Source: an uncultured Flavobacteriales bacterium
GTDB lineage: Bacteria > Bacteroidota > Bacteroidia > Flavobacteriales_D > CALLUQ01
DNA length: 58,966 bases
Assembly: GCA_938010565.1 (NCBI GenBank)
Contig: CALLUQ010000093.1
Span: 1-58,966, forward strand
Direction of reading: 5' to 3'
In this document: positions 41,017 through 51,517 of the stretch, piece by piece
Numbering within the stretch: the first letter of the stretch is position 1
How the letters are laid out: every line of letters begins with the position of its first letter
Translations under genes and position numbers: made by a program
Notes under the pieces: model-generated
The model's input: only the letters and a program-made list of their open reading frames with translations
Database searches by the model: none
Told to the model about the DNA's origin: nothing

Positions 41017-42134
41017 CCCTGTTGGTAAATATCGTTTTCTGTTTCACGCTGGGTTTAACCTTTGCATGGTTATTTTATGCCATCTGGTTAATTCAGGGCT
41101 GGCGTCGTGTACAAAAAGCAGCAACAACGGTAGGCAGCCCGGTTCCGGTAACCCTTGTTATTCCCGTGCGCAATGAGATCCACCGGTTGGAAAGCCTGAT
41201 TCGGATGTTAAAGGCACGGTTGAACAATACCGGTAGTTTTTCGGTCATTTTTGTGGATGATGCTTCTACCGATGGTTCCGATGTACACATAAAGCATGCG
41301 GCAGAAGCGTGGGAAATGGTCACATTTCTTCCGGCAAACGGCACGGGTAAAAAGGCAGCCCTGGATACGGGAATAAGAGCTGCCACCACCCATTGGATCG
41401 TTACGCTGGATGCCGATGTATACCTGCCGATTGGATGGGCCGATCGAATACAACACCTGCTGCGCGGAACCATGCAAATGTGGATTTTACCCATCAAACT
41501 CCGAAGCAATGGCTTTTTAGGAAAACTGTTTGCACTCGAGTTTTTGTCTTTGGCAGGAACCACCGGAGCAGCGGCAGCTCACGGCGAACCCTTTTTATGC
41601 AACGGCGCACATCTGGCATTTCGAAAGGAAGCTTTTTTGGAAGTAAACGGTTACGGCAACCATCAAAACCGGTCTTCGGGCGATGATGTTTTTTTATTGC
41701 ATGCTTTGCAAAAAAGATATCCGGGGCAGGTAGGATATGCTTTTGATGTAGCATTGTTAGCAGAAAGCGATGCCCCCCCAAACCTGGCTACATTTTTTAA
41801 TCAACGCACCCGCTGGGCTTCCAAAGCATCTGACTATCGCAATGGGCTGGCAACCCTTACTTCATGGTTGGTTTTTCTTCTTTCCCTCAGTTTTCTGATC
41901 AGCGCGGTTTTAGTTCCTTACGATCCGTTAACCGGTCAAGTGTTGCTGGCTTGTTTCAGCATAAAATTCATCGTTGATTTTTTGTTTCTGTTTGGGGTAG
42001 CCCGGGCTTTTCATCAGCGGAATTTATTAATCGGGTACTTGCCATTAAGTTTGTTGTACCCGTTTTATATTTTGATCACTGTAGCGATGGTTTTGTTCAG
42101 CCAACCCGAATGGAAAGGGCGGAAGATCCGGTAA
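41013..42134 (+). CDS. family 2 glycosyltransferase with C-terminal TM helices
   Basis: VTLVIPVRNE, FVDDASTDGS and LDADV motifs. There is no ATG; the proposed TTG at 41013 overlaps the upstream TGA. The ORF-track start at 40929 would overlap the upstream gene by 88 nt. Confidence 0.8.
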   Translation: MTLLVNIVFCFTLGLTFAWLFYAIWLIQGWRRVQKAATTVGSPVPVTLVIPVRNEIHRLESLIRMLKARLNNTGSFSVIFVDDASTDGSDVHIKHAAEAWEMVTFLPANGTGKKAALDTGIRAATTHWIVTLDADVYLPIGWADRIQHLLRGTMQMWILPIKLRSNGFLGKLFALEFLSLAGTTGAAAAHGEPFLCNGAHLAFRKEAFLEVNGYGNHQNRSSGDDVFLLHALQKRYPGQVGYAFDVALLAESDAPPNLATFFNQRTRWASKASDYRNGLATLTSWLVFLLSLSFLISAVLVPYDPLTGQVLLACFSIKFIVDFLFLFGVARAFHQRNLLIGYLPLSLLYPFYILITVAMVLFSQPEWKGRKIR

Positions 42135-42414
42135 GTGTTGTTAACAGTAAGGAAGAAGGCTATTTTTCTGGCCGTTGTTACCTTTTCCCGTGCGAGGGAG
42201 AAGAGACTTTTATTTGAGTGTCATTTTTTTAATCTGTGCGTTGGTTTTGCTCTTTGCCATCACAGGAGGAAAGGGCATCTCATATTGCTTACTTTTTAGT
42301 TTTCTCGGTTAGTAGTGTAAAAATTTATACAATAACCAAGCACAGCAATGGCGAAACAACACCATAGTTCGCTGCATTCTTTTTCCCAAAAAGAACACTG
42401 CCGGATCAATTTTG

Positions 42415-42422
42415 TAACTTTG
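42415..42422 (+). promoter_or_regulatory. candidate -7 box (TAACTTTG) upstream of relA/spoT
   Basis: Matches the Bacteroidota TAnnTTTG consensus, 23 nt before the ATG. Confidence 0.3.
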
Positions 42423-42445
42423 TTTGAAACCCTGGTATTAGGAAT

Positions 42446-44671
42446 ATGAAAGAGCGGCAACCGATACATCCGGAACGGGAAAAACAGGAAATACTCAATG
42501 CGTATCGGGGGCTTTTGCGTGCCCATTCGTCAAGAGACAAAGAAGCTACGCGACGCATTCGCAAAGCTTTTAATGTAGCGGTTGAAGCCCACAAAGACAT
42601 GCGCCGGAAATCGGGCGAACCTTATATCTATCATCCCATTGCCGTTGCACGCATTGCTGCTGAAGAAATAGGGTTGGGTACCACCTCTGTTATTTGTGCT
42701 TTGCTTCACGATACGGTGGAAGATACCGATATTACGCTGGAAAACATCCATTCGATGTTTGGTCCGAAAGTGGCTTCTATTATTGATGGGCTCACAAAAA
42801 TTTCCGGCATTTTTGATGCCACGGTTTCTCCGCAAGCCGAAAACTTTCGCAAAATGCTGCTTACCCTTTCGGACGATGTAAGGGTAATTCTCATCAAACT
42901 GGCCGATCGTTTGCACAACATGCGAACCCTGAGCAGCATGCAACAGAATAAACAACTCAAAATTGCATCCGAAACGTTGTACCTCTACGCTCCGCTTGCG
43001 CATCGCCTGGGGTTGTATACCATTAAAAGTGAACTCGAAGACCTTTCGCTGAAATACAAAGAGCCCTCCGCATGGGAAGAGATCTCACAAAAACTGAAAA
43101 AGGGAAAAGCAGTACGCCAGCGTTTCATTTCTCGCTTTATCCTCCCGATCAAGCGCCAACTCAACAATCTGAATTATATCTTTGAGGTAAAAGGTCGCCC
43201 CAAATCCGTTTATTCGATCTGGAATAAGATGCGCACCAAGAATGTACCCTTCGAAGAGGTGTATGATCTGTTTGCCATTCGGATTACCCTGAATGTTCCG
43301 GTCGGTGCTGAAAAATCGGAATGTTGGAAAGTATATTCCATTGTAACCGATTATTACAAGCCCAACCCCGATCGTTTGCGGGATTGGATCTCCACGCCAA
43401 AAGGCAATGGCTATGAGTCGTTGCACACCACCGTGATGAGTCCGTCCGGAAAATGGGTAGAAGTACAAATTCGTACCCGGCGTATGGATGAAATTGCAGA
43501 AAAAGGATACGCTGCACATTGGAAATACAAAACCAAAGGCGAAAAAAGCCAGGAAAGTGGCTTGGACGGATGGCTGGCCCGGATCCGTGAACTGCTCGAA
43601 ACATCCGCCGAAAATGCCATCGATTTTATCGATGATTTTAAAATGAACCTTTTTACGGATGAGGTGTATGTTTTTACACCCGAAGGCGATCTAAAAACCC
43701 TTCCCAAAGGAGCCACAGCCCTCGATTTTGCATTCGACATCCACACCCAGGTAGGGCAAAAATGCCTGGGAGCCAAAGTAAACCACCGCCTCATGCCTTT
43801 GAGCCACAAGTTAAGAAGCGGAGATCAGGTGGAAATCATTACTTCGGAAAAACAATCGCCCAAAAACGACTGGCTGAAATTTGCCATCACTACCAAAGCG
43901 CGGAACAAGATCAAATCCGCACTGAAAGAAGAAAAGAAAAATATTGCAGCGGAAGGCAAAGAAATGCTTGCCCGAAAGCTCAAAAGTTTAAAAGCAAACT
44001 TTAACGGAGAAAACATCGATGTACTCATCCGGAAATATAAAACCGGATCGGCACTTGAATTGTACTTCCGCATTGCCAAAGGCAACATCGATCTAAAAAA
44101 ATTGCACAAAACAAACATTGCCGTAAAAAACGGGATGATAAGTCCGGTATCCGAAAAAAAGCAGCAAAAAAACAATTCCCTCGAACAGATCATTACCCGC
44201 TACAATGGGACTAAAGATGTGCTGTTGATCGGCGATGAATACCAAAAACTGGATTATACCCTCGCTCTATGCTGTAACCCGATCAGCGGAGATGATGTTT
44301 TTGGGTTTATTACCGTTGCCGATGGCATTAAGATCCATCGGGCTACCTGTCCCAATGCCACAGCCCTTATGGGCAACTATGCTTACCGTGTTCTACAAGC
44401 CAAATGGGTCAGCCAGTCGTTGAAAGAATTTGAAGCTTCGATCTCTTTCGAAGGAATTGATGACCTTGGATTGGTCAACAACATCACTTCCGTGATCTCG
44501 GCACAACAAAACATCAACATGAAAGCCATTAGTTTTGAAAGCAACGATGGCATTTTCTCCGGAAAAGTACGCGTTTTGGTACACGATACCGACCACCTGG
44601 ACACCCTCATCGTAGAATTGAAAAATGTAGATGGAGTACATCAGGTAGAACGCCTGACCGAGCACCTCTGA
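42446..44671 (+). CDS. bifunctional (p)ppGpp synthetase/hydrolase (RelA/SpoT homolog)
   Basis: 741 aa with an HD domain (HDTVEDT), synthetase domain (YESLHTTV), and TGS and ACT domains. Confidence 0.95.
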   Translation: MKERQPIHPEREKQEILNAYRGLLRAHSSRDKEATRRIRKAFNVAVEAHKDMRRKSGEPYIYHPIAVARIAAEEIGLGTTSVICALLHDTVEDTDITLENIHSMFGPKVASIIDGLTKISGIFDATVSPQAENFRKMLLTLSDDVRVILIKLADRLHNMRTLSSMQQNKQLKIASETLYLYAPLAHRLGLYTIKSELEDLSLKYKEPSAWEEISQKLKKGKAVRQRFISRFILPIKRQLNNLNYIFEVKGRPKSVYSIWNKMRTKNVPFEEVYDLFAIRITLNVPVGAEKSECWKVYSIVTDYYKPNPDRLRDWISTPKGNGYESLHTTVMSPSGKWVEVQIRTRRMDEIAEKGYAAHWKYKTKGEKSQESGLDGWLARIRELLETSAENAIDFIDDFKMNLFTDEVYVFTPEGDLKTLPKGATALDFAFDIHTQVGQKCLGAKVNHRLMPLSHKLRSGDQVEIITSEKQSPKNDWLKFAITTKARNKIKSALKEEKKNIAAEGKEMLARKLKSLKANFNGENIDVLIRKYKTGSALELYFRIAKGNIDLKKLHKTNIAVKNGMISPVSEKKQQKNNSLEQIITRYNGTKDVLLIGDEYQKLDYTLALCCNPISGDDVFGFITVADGIKIHRATCPNATALMGNYAYRVLQAKWVSQSLKEFEASISFEGIDDLGLVNNITSVISAQQNINMKAISFESNDGIFSGKVRVLVHDTDHLDTLIVELKNVDGVHQVERLTEHL

Positions 44672-44729
44672 GCCCACCCCGTTCCTGCTCCCGCAGCCAG
44701 GCAAAACAAAACAGACGATCCCGCTTTCC

Positions 44730-44874
44730 GGTGTTAAGTTAAGCAGGCTTTGATCTTTTTGCGATGTATTTCTTTGAAAAAGAATCATTTAGCTACGATC
44801 GGGCTCCTGTTTTCCGCATTGTCCGGGGCAAAAATACCGACCACTTATACAACACAGTACACGTAACTTAGCAC
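44730..44874 (+). repeat. MITE-like intergenic repeat, diverged and shortened copy
   Basis: gtgttaagttaagc...ctcctgttttccgcattgtccggggcaaaaataccg.ccacttatacaacacagtacacgtaacttagcac aligns with the other copies, with internal deletions. Confidence 0.65.
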
Positions 44875-44939
44875 GGGTTTTCTTTTACAGATTGTTCATA
44901 AACCGGGAAGATCCATGTATTTATTTCCGCCATTTTGAT

Positions 44940-44947
44940 TAGCTTTG
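44940..44947 (+). promoter_or_regulatory. candidate -7 box (TAGCTTTG) upstream of fur
   Basis: TAnnTTTG match 18 nt before the ATG. Confidence 0.3.
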
Positions 44948-44965
44948 AGCCTTAAGACATAACTG

Positions 44966-45430
44966 ATGTCGAGTCCGGAAATAAAGGAAAGCGTTCGCCA
45001 GATCTTCTCTGCTTATCTTGAGCAACATGGGCATCGGAAAACCCCCGAACGGTTTGCTATACTCAATGAAGTTTACGAATACAAAGGGCATTTTGATATT
45101 GAATCCCTTTACACCAAAATGAAAAACAAGAAGTACCGTGTGAGCCGTGCCACCTTGTACAACACCACGGAGTTGCTTTTGTCTTGTAACCTTTTGCGTA
45201 AGCACCAGTTTGGCAATAACATTGCCCAATATGAAAAATCGCATGCAAACAAACAACACGATCACATCATTATGACAGAAGATGGGGAAGTGATCGAATT
45301 TTGCGATCCCCGGATCCAAACCATAAAAAAAACCCTTGAAGAAGTTTTTGATATTAAAATTCTTCACCATTCTTTGTACTTCTACGCCAAAAAAAACAAA
45401 GAACCCCACTCACCCGTAAAACCCTCCTGA
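44966..45430 (+). CDS. fur: Fur family transcriptional regulator
   Basis: 154 aa with a winged-helix N-terminus and [18 protein letters not shown] metal-site region. Confidence 0.85.
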   Translation: MSSPEIKESVRQIFSAYLEQHGHRKTPERFAILNEVYEYKGHFDIESLYTKMKNKKYRVSRATLYNTTELLLSCNLLRKHQFGNNIAQYEKSHANKQHDHIIMTEDGEVIEFCDPRIQTIKKTLEEVFDIKILHHSLYFYAKKNKEPHSPVKPS

Positions 45431-45431
45431 A

Positions 45432-45815
45432 ATGCGTTTTCAATTCAGTTTAACACCCGTTGCAGAACGGCCAGGTATGTTGCTGGCACAACTGAATGGC
45501 CGTTTGATCGATAAAAGCGAAGCACTGGTTTTGCTCAATCAACTGGAAGAATATTCCCTTGACGGGTGGGTACATGTTGTGATTGAAATGTCGGAACTTG
45601 ATTACATAAACAGCAGTGGACTGAACATACTGATAACGTTGTTGACCAGGTGCCGCAACGAAGGCGGAGAAATATTCCTTTGTAATATTTCGAAAAAGGT
45701 GAAAGCCCTCTTTATAATGACCAAATTAAACACCGTATTTACCATTACAGAAGATGTTGAAACAGCCATGAACCAGATGGCTGAGTTGATGAATGCTTCT
45801 TCTGAGCAAGAATGA
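45432..45815 (+). CDS. STAS domain protein (anti-sigma-factor antagonist family)
   Basis: 127 aa (IEMSELDYINSSGLNILITL..., KLNTVFTITEDVETA). The start is 1 nt after the fur stop. Confidence 0.8.
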   Translation: MRFQFSLTPVAERPGMLLAQLNGRLIDKSEALVLLNQLEEYSLDGWVHVVIEMSELDYINSSGLNILITLLTRCRNEGGEIFLCNISKKVKALFIMTKLNTVFTITEDVETAMNQMAELMNASSEQE

Positions 45816-45819
45816 AAAA

Positions 45820-47109
45820 ATGAAAGCAGACGTTTTGCTAGGGCTCCAATGGGGCGATGAAGGAAAAGGAAAAATTGTTGATGTACTGACCCCAAAGTAC
45901 GATGTCGTTGCTCGTTTTCAGGGCGGTCCAAATGCCGGGCACACCTTGGAGTTTAACGGGATCAAACACGTTCTCCACACCATTCCGAGTGGTATTTTTC
46001 ACGAGAATACCATCAACCTTGTCGGGAACGGAGTGGTAATCGATCCGGTTATCTTTAAAAAAGAGATCGATGCTCTGACAGATATGGGGGTGGATGTGAA
46101 AAAGCGGTTGGTCCTTTCGCGAAAGGCGCACCTGATCCTTCCTTCACACCGTTTTCTGGATGCGGCTTCCGAAACCGCTAAAGGAAAACAAAAGATCGGG
46201 AGTACACTCAAAGGAATTGGCCCGACATATATGGACAAAACAGGGCGTAACGGCTTGCGTGTAGGCGATATTTTTCTGGCCGATTTTGAAGCACGCTACA
46301 CCGCTTTGGTTGAAAAGCATGCCCGTTTGCTTTCTTTCCACAACTTTGAATACAACCTTCCCGAAGCCGAAACGGCCTGGATGGAAGGCATCGAATTGCT
46401 GCGCACCATGAAAGTGACCGACAGCGAACAAGAAGTAAACCACCATCTGCAACAAAAAAAACGCATTCTGGCAGAAGGTGCTCAGGGAACCTTGCTCGAC
46501 ATCGATTTTGGTTCTTATCCGTTTGTCACTTCTTCCAGCACGGTTTCGGCCGGAGCCTGTACCGGCTTGGGCATTGCCCCGAACCGGATTGGCGAAGTCA
46601 TCGGAATTTTCAAAGCGTATTGTACCCGCGTGGGCAGTGGCCCTTTCCCAACCGAATTGTTTGATGAAGACGGTGAAAGGTTACGGTCGGTCGGATGTGA
46701 GTTTGGTGCTACTACCGGTCGCCCTCGCCGTTGTGGCTGGTTAGACCTGCCTGCCTTGCGTTATGCCATTATGATCAACGGTGCCACTACCCTGGCCATG
46801 ATGAAAGCGGATGTACTGAGCGGTTTTGAAACCATCAAAGTATGCACACACTACCGTTTACCGGACGGTTCGCTCACGGATCAATTCCCGTATGATGTTT
46901 CCGGGAAATCTGTGACTCCGGTGTATATCGAACTGCAAGGATGGCAGGAAGACCTTACCCAACTGGACTCTACACAAGCGTTGCCACAAGCACTGCACGA
47001 TTATATTGCCTTTGTGGAAGATGCTTTGGGCAATGAAATCCGCATTGGCATCGTTTCTGTTGGCCCGGACCGCAAGCAAACACTGGTTCGCGATGTTATT
47101 TTTGCTTAA
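45820..47109 (+). CDS. purA: adenylosuccinate synthase
   Basis: MKADVLLGLQWGDEGKGK P-loop, GPNAGHT and TTGRPRRCGWLD. The ATG at 45820 is preferred over 45793, which overlaps the STAS gene. Confidence 0.96.
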   Translation: MKADVLLGLQWGDEGKGKIVDVLTPKYDVVARFQGGPNAGHTLEFNGIKHVLHTIPSGIFHENTINLVGNGVVIDPVIFKKEIDALTDMGVDVKKRLVLSRKAHLILPSHRFLDAASETAKGKQKIGSTLKGIGPTYMDKTGRNGLRVGDIFLADFEARYTALVEKHARLLSFHNFEYNLPEAETAWMEGIELLRTMKVTDSEQEVNHHLQQKKRILAEGAQGTLLDIDFGSYPFVTSSSTVSAGACTGLGIAPNRIGEVIGIFKAYCTRVGSGPFPTELFDEDGERLRSVGCEFGATTGRPRRCGWLDLPALRYAIMINGATTLAMMKADVLSGFETIKVCTHYRLPDGSLTDQFPYDVSGKSVTPVYIELQGWQEDLTQLDSTQALPQALHDYIAFVEDALGNEIRIGIVSVGPDRKQTLVRDVIFA

Positions 47110-47150
47110 CAAAAGCCGCCGGGAACTGATAACCTGCGGCCTTATACCAG

Positions 47151-48788
47151 ATGATCCGCAAGCAATATATATTCGTTTTTATGGCCGTTGTTCCCGGCTG
47201 GTTAACGCTTGCTGTTTCCGCTCAAAGCCCGGAAGATACGGTTGAGATCATTCGTATCCTCCATGCCGACGATTGGCTCTTTGATGACAAAATAGAGTCG
47301 GAGGCACAACGGTTGGTCGGAAATGTTCGGTTCAAACACAAAGGAGCACTCCTTTTTTGTGACAGTGCTTATTTTTTTTCGGAAACCAATCAACTCAGTG
47401 CTTATGGCCGGGTTCAGATCCGGGAAGGCGACTCACTCCGCTTATTCGGAGATACGCTTTATTACGACGGAGGTACCCATTATGCCAACCTGACGGGCAA
47501 CATCCGTATGCTCGATCAAAAGAACGAGCTTACGACCCACTATCTTGATTTCAACCGTCGGAACGGAGTGGCTTCATACCAAGGTGGCGGGCGGATCATC
47601 AGCCCCCAAAACCGGAACGTACTTTCCAGTAAAACGGGTGCCTACCATACCTTCACCCACGAGGTTTTTTTCAAAGATAGCGTGGTGTTAAGGCATCCGG
47701 ATTATATTGTAAAATCGGATACTCTACATTATCATACCCATACCGAAGTTGCTTCTTTTTCCGGACCTACGCAAATTGTTTCGGACCGCCATACCATTTA
47801 TACAACCAAGGGTTGGTACGATACAAAACACGACCGATCCCAATTCATGAACCACAGCCGTATTCGGGCCGGAGAACAAACCCTGGAAGGAGATACGTTG
47901 TACTACAACCGAAAAACAGGAATTGGCGAAGCCTTTGGTAACATCGCGTATACCGATACGACCGATCATATCCTTTTAACCGGCAATTATGCCATCCGGA
48001 AAGATGCCGGCCAGCGCACCATGATCACCGGAAAACCGGTGTTCACACAAATCAGCGGTTCGGACTCCCTTTACCTGCATGCCGATACCATTTTGGCCAC
48101 CAAAGACCGTTCGGGCATGCATCACCTGATCCGAGCCTGGTATCATGTTAAATTCTATCGGAAAGATTTACAAGGGAAGTGCGACTCTCTTGCCTGGAGC
48201 GAAGCGGATTCGTCTTTGCAAATGTTTCGGGACCCGATCATCTGGTCGGAGGGCAATCAACTTACCGGAGATCACATTGCCATTCAAACATGGAGCGGTA
48301 AGATCCGGAAGTTAAAAATCACCAACCGCGCTTTTATCGCATCGGAATACGACAGCATTTATTATAACCAGATCAAAGGTTTACACATCAATGGTTGGTT
48401 TGCCAACAATGTTTTGTACAAGATCTTAGTGGAAGGAAACGGACAAACGATCTATTTTGCGGAAGGCGAAAAAAACGATGAAGAAAAAAAAGATACTACC
48501 GGTAGCGCTGCCATGCACACTCTGGGCATGAACGATGCGGTTTGCAGCGATATCCTCATTTATATTGCAGATCAAAAGATCCGCACCTTAACCCTCATCG
48601 ACCAGCCGACAGCTACGCTTTATCCCATGCATAAACTGCCTCCAAAAAGTTTACTCCTCAACGGTTTCGGATGGCATGGCCATCACCGCCCCGGTCAAAA
48701 AGAAGACATTTTTAAATGGTACAACGGACCTGCACCCACATCTGTCTCTCGGGCAGATGCGGATAATACCCCTCCGCAAACTCCTTGA
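47151..48788 (+). CDS. OstA-like (LptA/LptD N-terminal fold) repeat protein
   Basis: Signal peptide and repeated OstA-like beta-jellyroll pattern (LVGNVRFKHKGALLFCDSAYFF...GRVQI..GD.L..D.L.YD). Confidence 0.7.
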   Translation: MIRKQYIFVFMAVVPGWLTLAVSAQSPEDTVEIIRILHADDWLFDDKIESEAQRLVGNVRFKHKGALLFCDSAYFFSETNQLSAYGRVQIREGDSLRLFGDTLYYDGGTHYANLTGNIRMLDQKNELTTHYLDFNRRNGVASYQGGGRIISPQNRNVLSSKTGAYHTFTHEVFFKDSVVLRHPDYIVKSDTLHYHTHTEVASFSGPTQIVSDRHTIYTTKGWYDTKHDRSQFMNHSRIRAGEQTLEGDTLYYNRKTGIGEAFGNIAYTDTTDHILLTGNYAIRKDAGQRTMITGKPVFTQISGSDSLYLHADTILATKDRSGMHHLIRAWYHVKFYRKDLQGKCDSLAWSEADSSLQMFRDPIIWSEGNQLTGDHIAIQTWSGKIRKLKITNRAFIASEYDSIYYNQIKGLHINGWFANNVLYKILVEGNGQTIYFAEGEKNDEEKKDTTGSAAMHTLGMNDAVCSDILIYIADQKIRTLTLIDQPTATLYPMHKLPPKSLLLNGFGWHGHHRPGQKEDIFKWYNGPAPTSVSRADADNTPPQTP

Positions 48789-48790
48789 AT

Positions 48791-49282
48791 TTAGCCAGCT
48801 ACCGGCAACATGCGGCTGTGCCAGCTATCTTTTAGCGGAACTTCCCAACGGGTCATAAACCCGGCTTTGGTTTGAATCAGGTTGTTAAAAACAATGGTAT
48901 TTTCGTGGATTTTTCCGGCTACTATTCGTTCTTCAAAAGCCGACATGGAAGCCGTCACAATTCCATCCTCCGAACGATACGCCAAACTCATACGATCCAT
49001 TAAATGGATGCCATATTCCCTTTCGATCCGTTGTATGAAATGCACCGAACTATCGATGCTGCAACCCGATGCGGCAGCATGGGTTTCGTCTGCAAAAAGC
49101 AGTATAAAACGATGGTATTTGATAAAAAATGCAGCCTGAAGATCGTTGCCATGTGCAGCCCATTGCCGAACAAAAGTTTCTCCTTTTTGTTGGATGGCTT
49201 CCACCTCGATATCACTCAATTCCCTGTTACACTGGTAGATCCAGGTCCGGGCATCGTCGTGAAGATGTTGATAAGCTGACAT
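48791..49282 (-). CDS. conserved hypothetical protein
   Basis: 163-aa ORF with a clean start and no overlap. No catalytic motif was recognised. Confidence 0.65.
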   Translation of the reverse strand: MSAYQHLHDDARTWIYQCNRELSDIEVEAIQQKGETFVRQWAAHGNDLQAAFFIKYHRFILLFADETHAAASGCSIDSSVHFIQRIEREYGIHLMDRMSLAYRSEDGIVTASMSAFEERIVAGKIHENTIVFNNLIQTKAGFMTRWEVPLKDSWHSRMLPVAG

Positions 49283-49349
49283 GATAGAGCATTTTGAACT
49301 TAAAAATACGAAATTCTGCGACAGCTAAAAAATGGAACTTTTCCGGAAG

Positions 49350-50168
49350 TTATAGCTCACCTGCCTGAGCAATCAGTTCGGCTACGTCGAATACTTCGGT
49401 TTCCTTTTCTTTTCCGAAGTTTTTTATGCCATCGGTCATCATGGTATTGCAAAAAGGACAACCGGTGGCAATGATGTCCGGTTTTACTTCCAATGCATCT
49501 TCGGTGCGTTCTATGTTCACCTCCTTGTTGCCTTTTTCGGCTTCTTTAAACATTTGGGCTCCTCCTGCGCCACAGCATAATCCTTTTGCTCTGCAACGTT
49601 TCATTTCCACCAAACCGGCATCGAGTTTTTGCAGTACTTCGCGCGGCGCCTCGTATTCATCGTTTCCGCGGCCGAGGTAACAAGGGTCGTGGAACGTGAT
49701 TTTTTTTCCTTTGAAACTCCCGCCGGCTACGCGGATCTTTCCCGACCGGAGCAGATCGTTGATGAGTTGGGTATGGTGCACTACCTCGTACGAGCCGCCC
49801 AACTCCGGGTATTCGTTTTTGATGGTGTTGAAACAATGGGGACATCCGGTCACGATTTTTTTTACGTTGTAACCGTTCATCACCTGGATGTTTTGCATGG
49901 CCTGCATCTGGAAAAGAAATTCATTTCCTGCTCGTTTGGCCGGGTCTCCGGAGCACATTTCTTCGGTACCCAAAACTGCGTAGCTCAACCCGGCTTTGTG
50001 CAGAATACGCACAATCGCTTTGGTAATTTTTCGGGCACGGTCGTCGAAACTTCCGGCACAACCTACCCAGAAAAGGATCTCGGGAGACTCGCCTTTGGCC
50101 ATAAGGCCGGCCATGGTGGGTACTTCAATTGGTTCGCTCATGATAGCAATGTAATGTTCTTGGGGCAT
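49350..50168 (-). CDS. (Fe-S)-binding protein with cysteine-rich CCG domains (heterodisulfide-reductase/GlcF-like)
   Basis: Two CCG-type motifs (VGCAGSFD..CPHC; CCGAGGAQ..GCPFC). The ATG at 50168 overlaps the upstream TGA. Confidence 0.85.
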   Translation of the reverse strand: MPQEHYIAIMSEPIEVPTMAGLMAKGESPEILFWVGCAGSFDDRARKITKAIVRILHKAGLSYAVLGTEEMCSGDPAKRAGNEFLFQMQAMQNIQVMNGYNVKKIVTGCPHCFNTIKNEYPELGGSYEVVHHTQLINDLLRSGKIRVAGGSFKGKKITFHDPCYLGRGNDEYEAPREVLQKLDAGLVEMKRCRAKGLCCGAGGAQMFKEAEKGNKEVNIERTEDALEVKPDIIATGCPFCNTMMTDGIKNFGKEKETEVFDVAELIAQAGEL

Positions 50169-51511
50169 CAATCATCTTCTGCCCATTTAAATCGATCGGC
50201 TTGCGGGAAGGCCCATGGGGCACCATTGTTCTCAATGTTGTTGAACATGACGGTGAGTTCGGGCGGGGCCTGGCTTTCTTCCATGACCAGGTAGCGGCGC
50301 AGGTCGACAATGATCGATAAAGGATCAATATTTACGGGGCATGCTTGTGTACAGGCATTGCAGGAAGTACAGGCCCATAATTCTTCTTTTGTGATGTGGT
50401 GGTGCAAAAGCGATTTGCCATCATCGTGGTTGGCTCCGTTTTTTCTTTTGTTCCTGCCCACTTCTTCGAGGCGATCCCGGGTATCCATCATGATCTTCCG
50501 TGGCGAAAGCAATTTTCCGGTAAGATTGGCAGGGCATTCGGAAGAACAACGGCCACACTCGGTACAGGTGTAAGCATCCAACAATTGTTTCCAGGTAAGA
50601 TCGGTTACATCTTTTGCGCCAAAACTGCCGGGTTCCGTTCCTTCTTCGGCAGGTGCCGGAGTGGCATACGGGTCGGCATTGGGATCAAACATCAACTCCA
50701 CTTCTTTCTTTACATTTTCCATGTTGGTGAAACGGCCTTTGGGCCACAGGTTGGAGAAAAAAGTATTGGGAAAAGCAAGAATGATGTGGAAATGTTTGGA
50801 GAAAGGGATGTAATTCAGGAATACGAAAATACCAACAATGTGTATCCACCAGCAAACGTGCGAAATGGTTTGAAGGGTGAACACATCCGACCCGGCAAAA
50901 AGGGGATGAAGCAAAGCACTTACCGGATACATGCCCGGTGCATCGGCTCCGTTGCTGTTGGCATATAAAGAATAGTCAGCCGCATCCATCAGAAGAAAAG
51001 CAGCCATCAGAACAATTTCAAAGATCAAAATAAGGTTGGCATCGGATTTTGGCCAGCGGGTCATTTCACTGAGGTGGAAACGACGAATTTTGGCCACATT
51101 CCGGCGCAGGAGAAAAAGCACACAAGCCACCAGCACCAATAGCGCAAATATTTCAAAAGTAGCGATGAGAAAATCGTACACGGGGCCGAGGTTCCAACGC
51201 ATAAGCCAATGGCCCAAAGAACGTTCGCTTCCGCTTAGGCCATCCACCACAATTTCCAGCAATTCAATGTTCACCACCAAAAAGCCGACGTAAACGATCA
51301 GGTGAAGAAAACCGGCAAGAGGCCGTGCTTTCATTTTACTTTGCCCAAGAGCCACCCGAAACATCACCCGCCAGCGTTCCTTTTTATGGTCGGAACGGTT
51401 GATGTTTTTTCCCAACCGAATATTGTTGCGGATTCTCCTTACATTGTAGATAAAAAACGACAGGGCAGCTAAAAAAACAACACCGAATATAATCTGAGAC
51501 AGGTAATCCAT
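50168..51511 (-). CDS. membrane-bound (Fe-S)-binding protein with two 4Fe-4S ferredoxin motifs
   Basis: N-terminal multi-TM region, then CTECGRCSSECP and CTSCNACTQACP. Confidence 0.85.
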   Translation of the reverse strand: MDYLSQIIFGVVFLAALSFFIYNVRRIRNNIRLGKNINRSDHKKERWRVMFRVALGQSKMKARPLAGFLHLIVYVGFLVVNIELLEIVVDGLSGSERSLGHWLMRWNLGPVYDFLIATFEIFALLVLVACVLFLLRRNVAKIRRFHLSEMTRWPKSDANLILIFEIVLMAAFLLMDAADYSLYANSNGADAPGMYPVSALLHPLFAGSDVFTLQTISHVCWWIHIVGIFVFLNYIPFSKHFHIILAFPNTFFSNLWPKGRFTNMENVKKEVELMFDPNADPYATPAPAEEGTEPGSFGAKDVTDLTWKQLLDAYTCTECGRCSSECPANLTGKLLSPRKIMMDTRDRLEEVGRNKRKNGANHDDGKSLLHHHITKEELWACTSCNACTQACPVNIDPLSIIVDLRRYLVMEESQAPPELTVMFNNIENNGAPWAFPQADRFKWAEDD

Positions 51512-51517
51512 TCCGAA

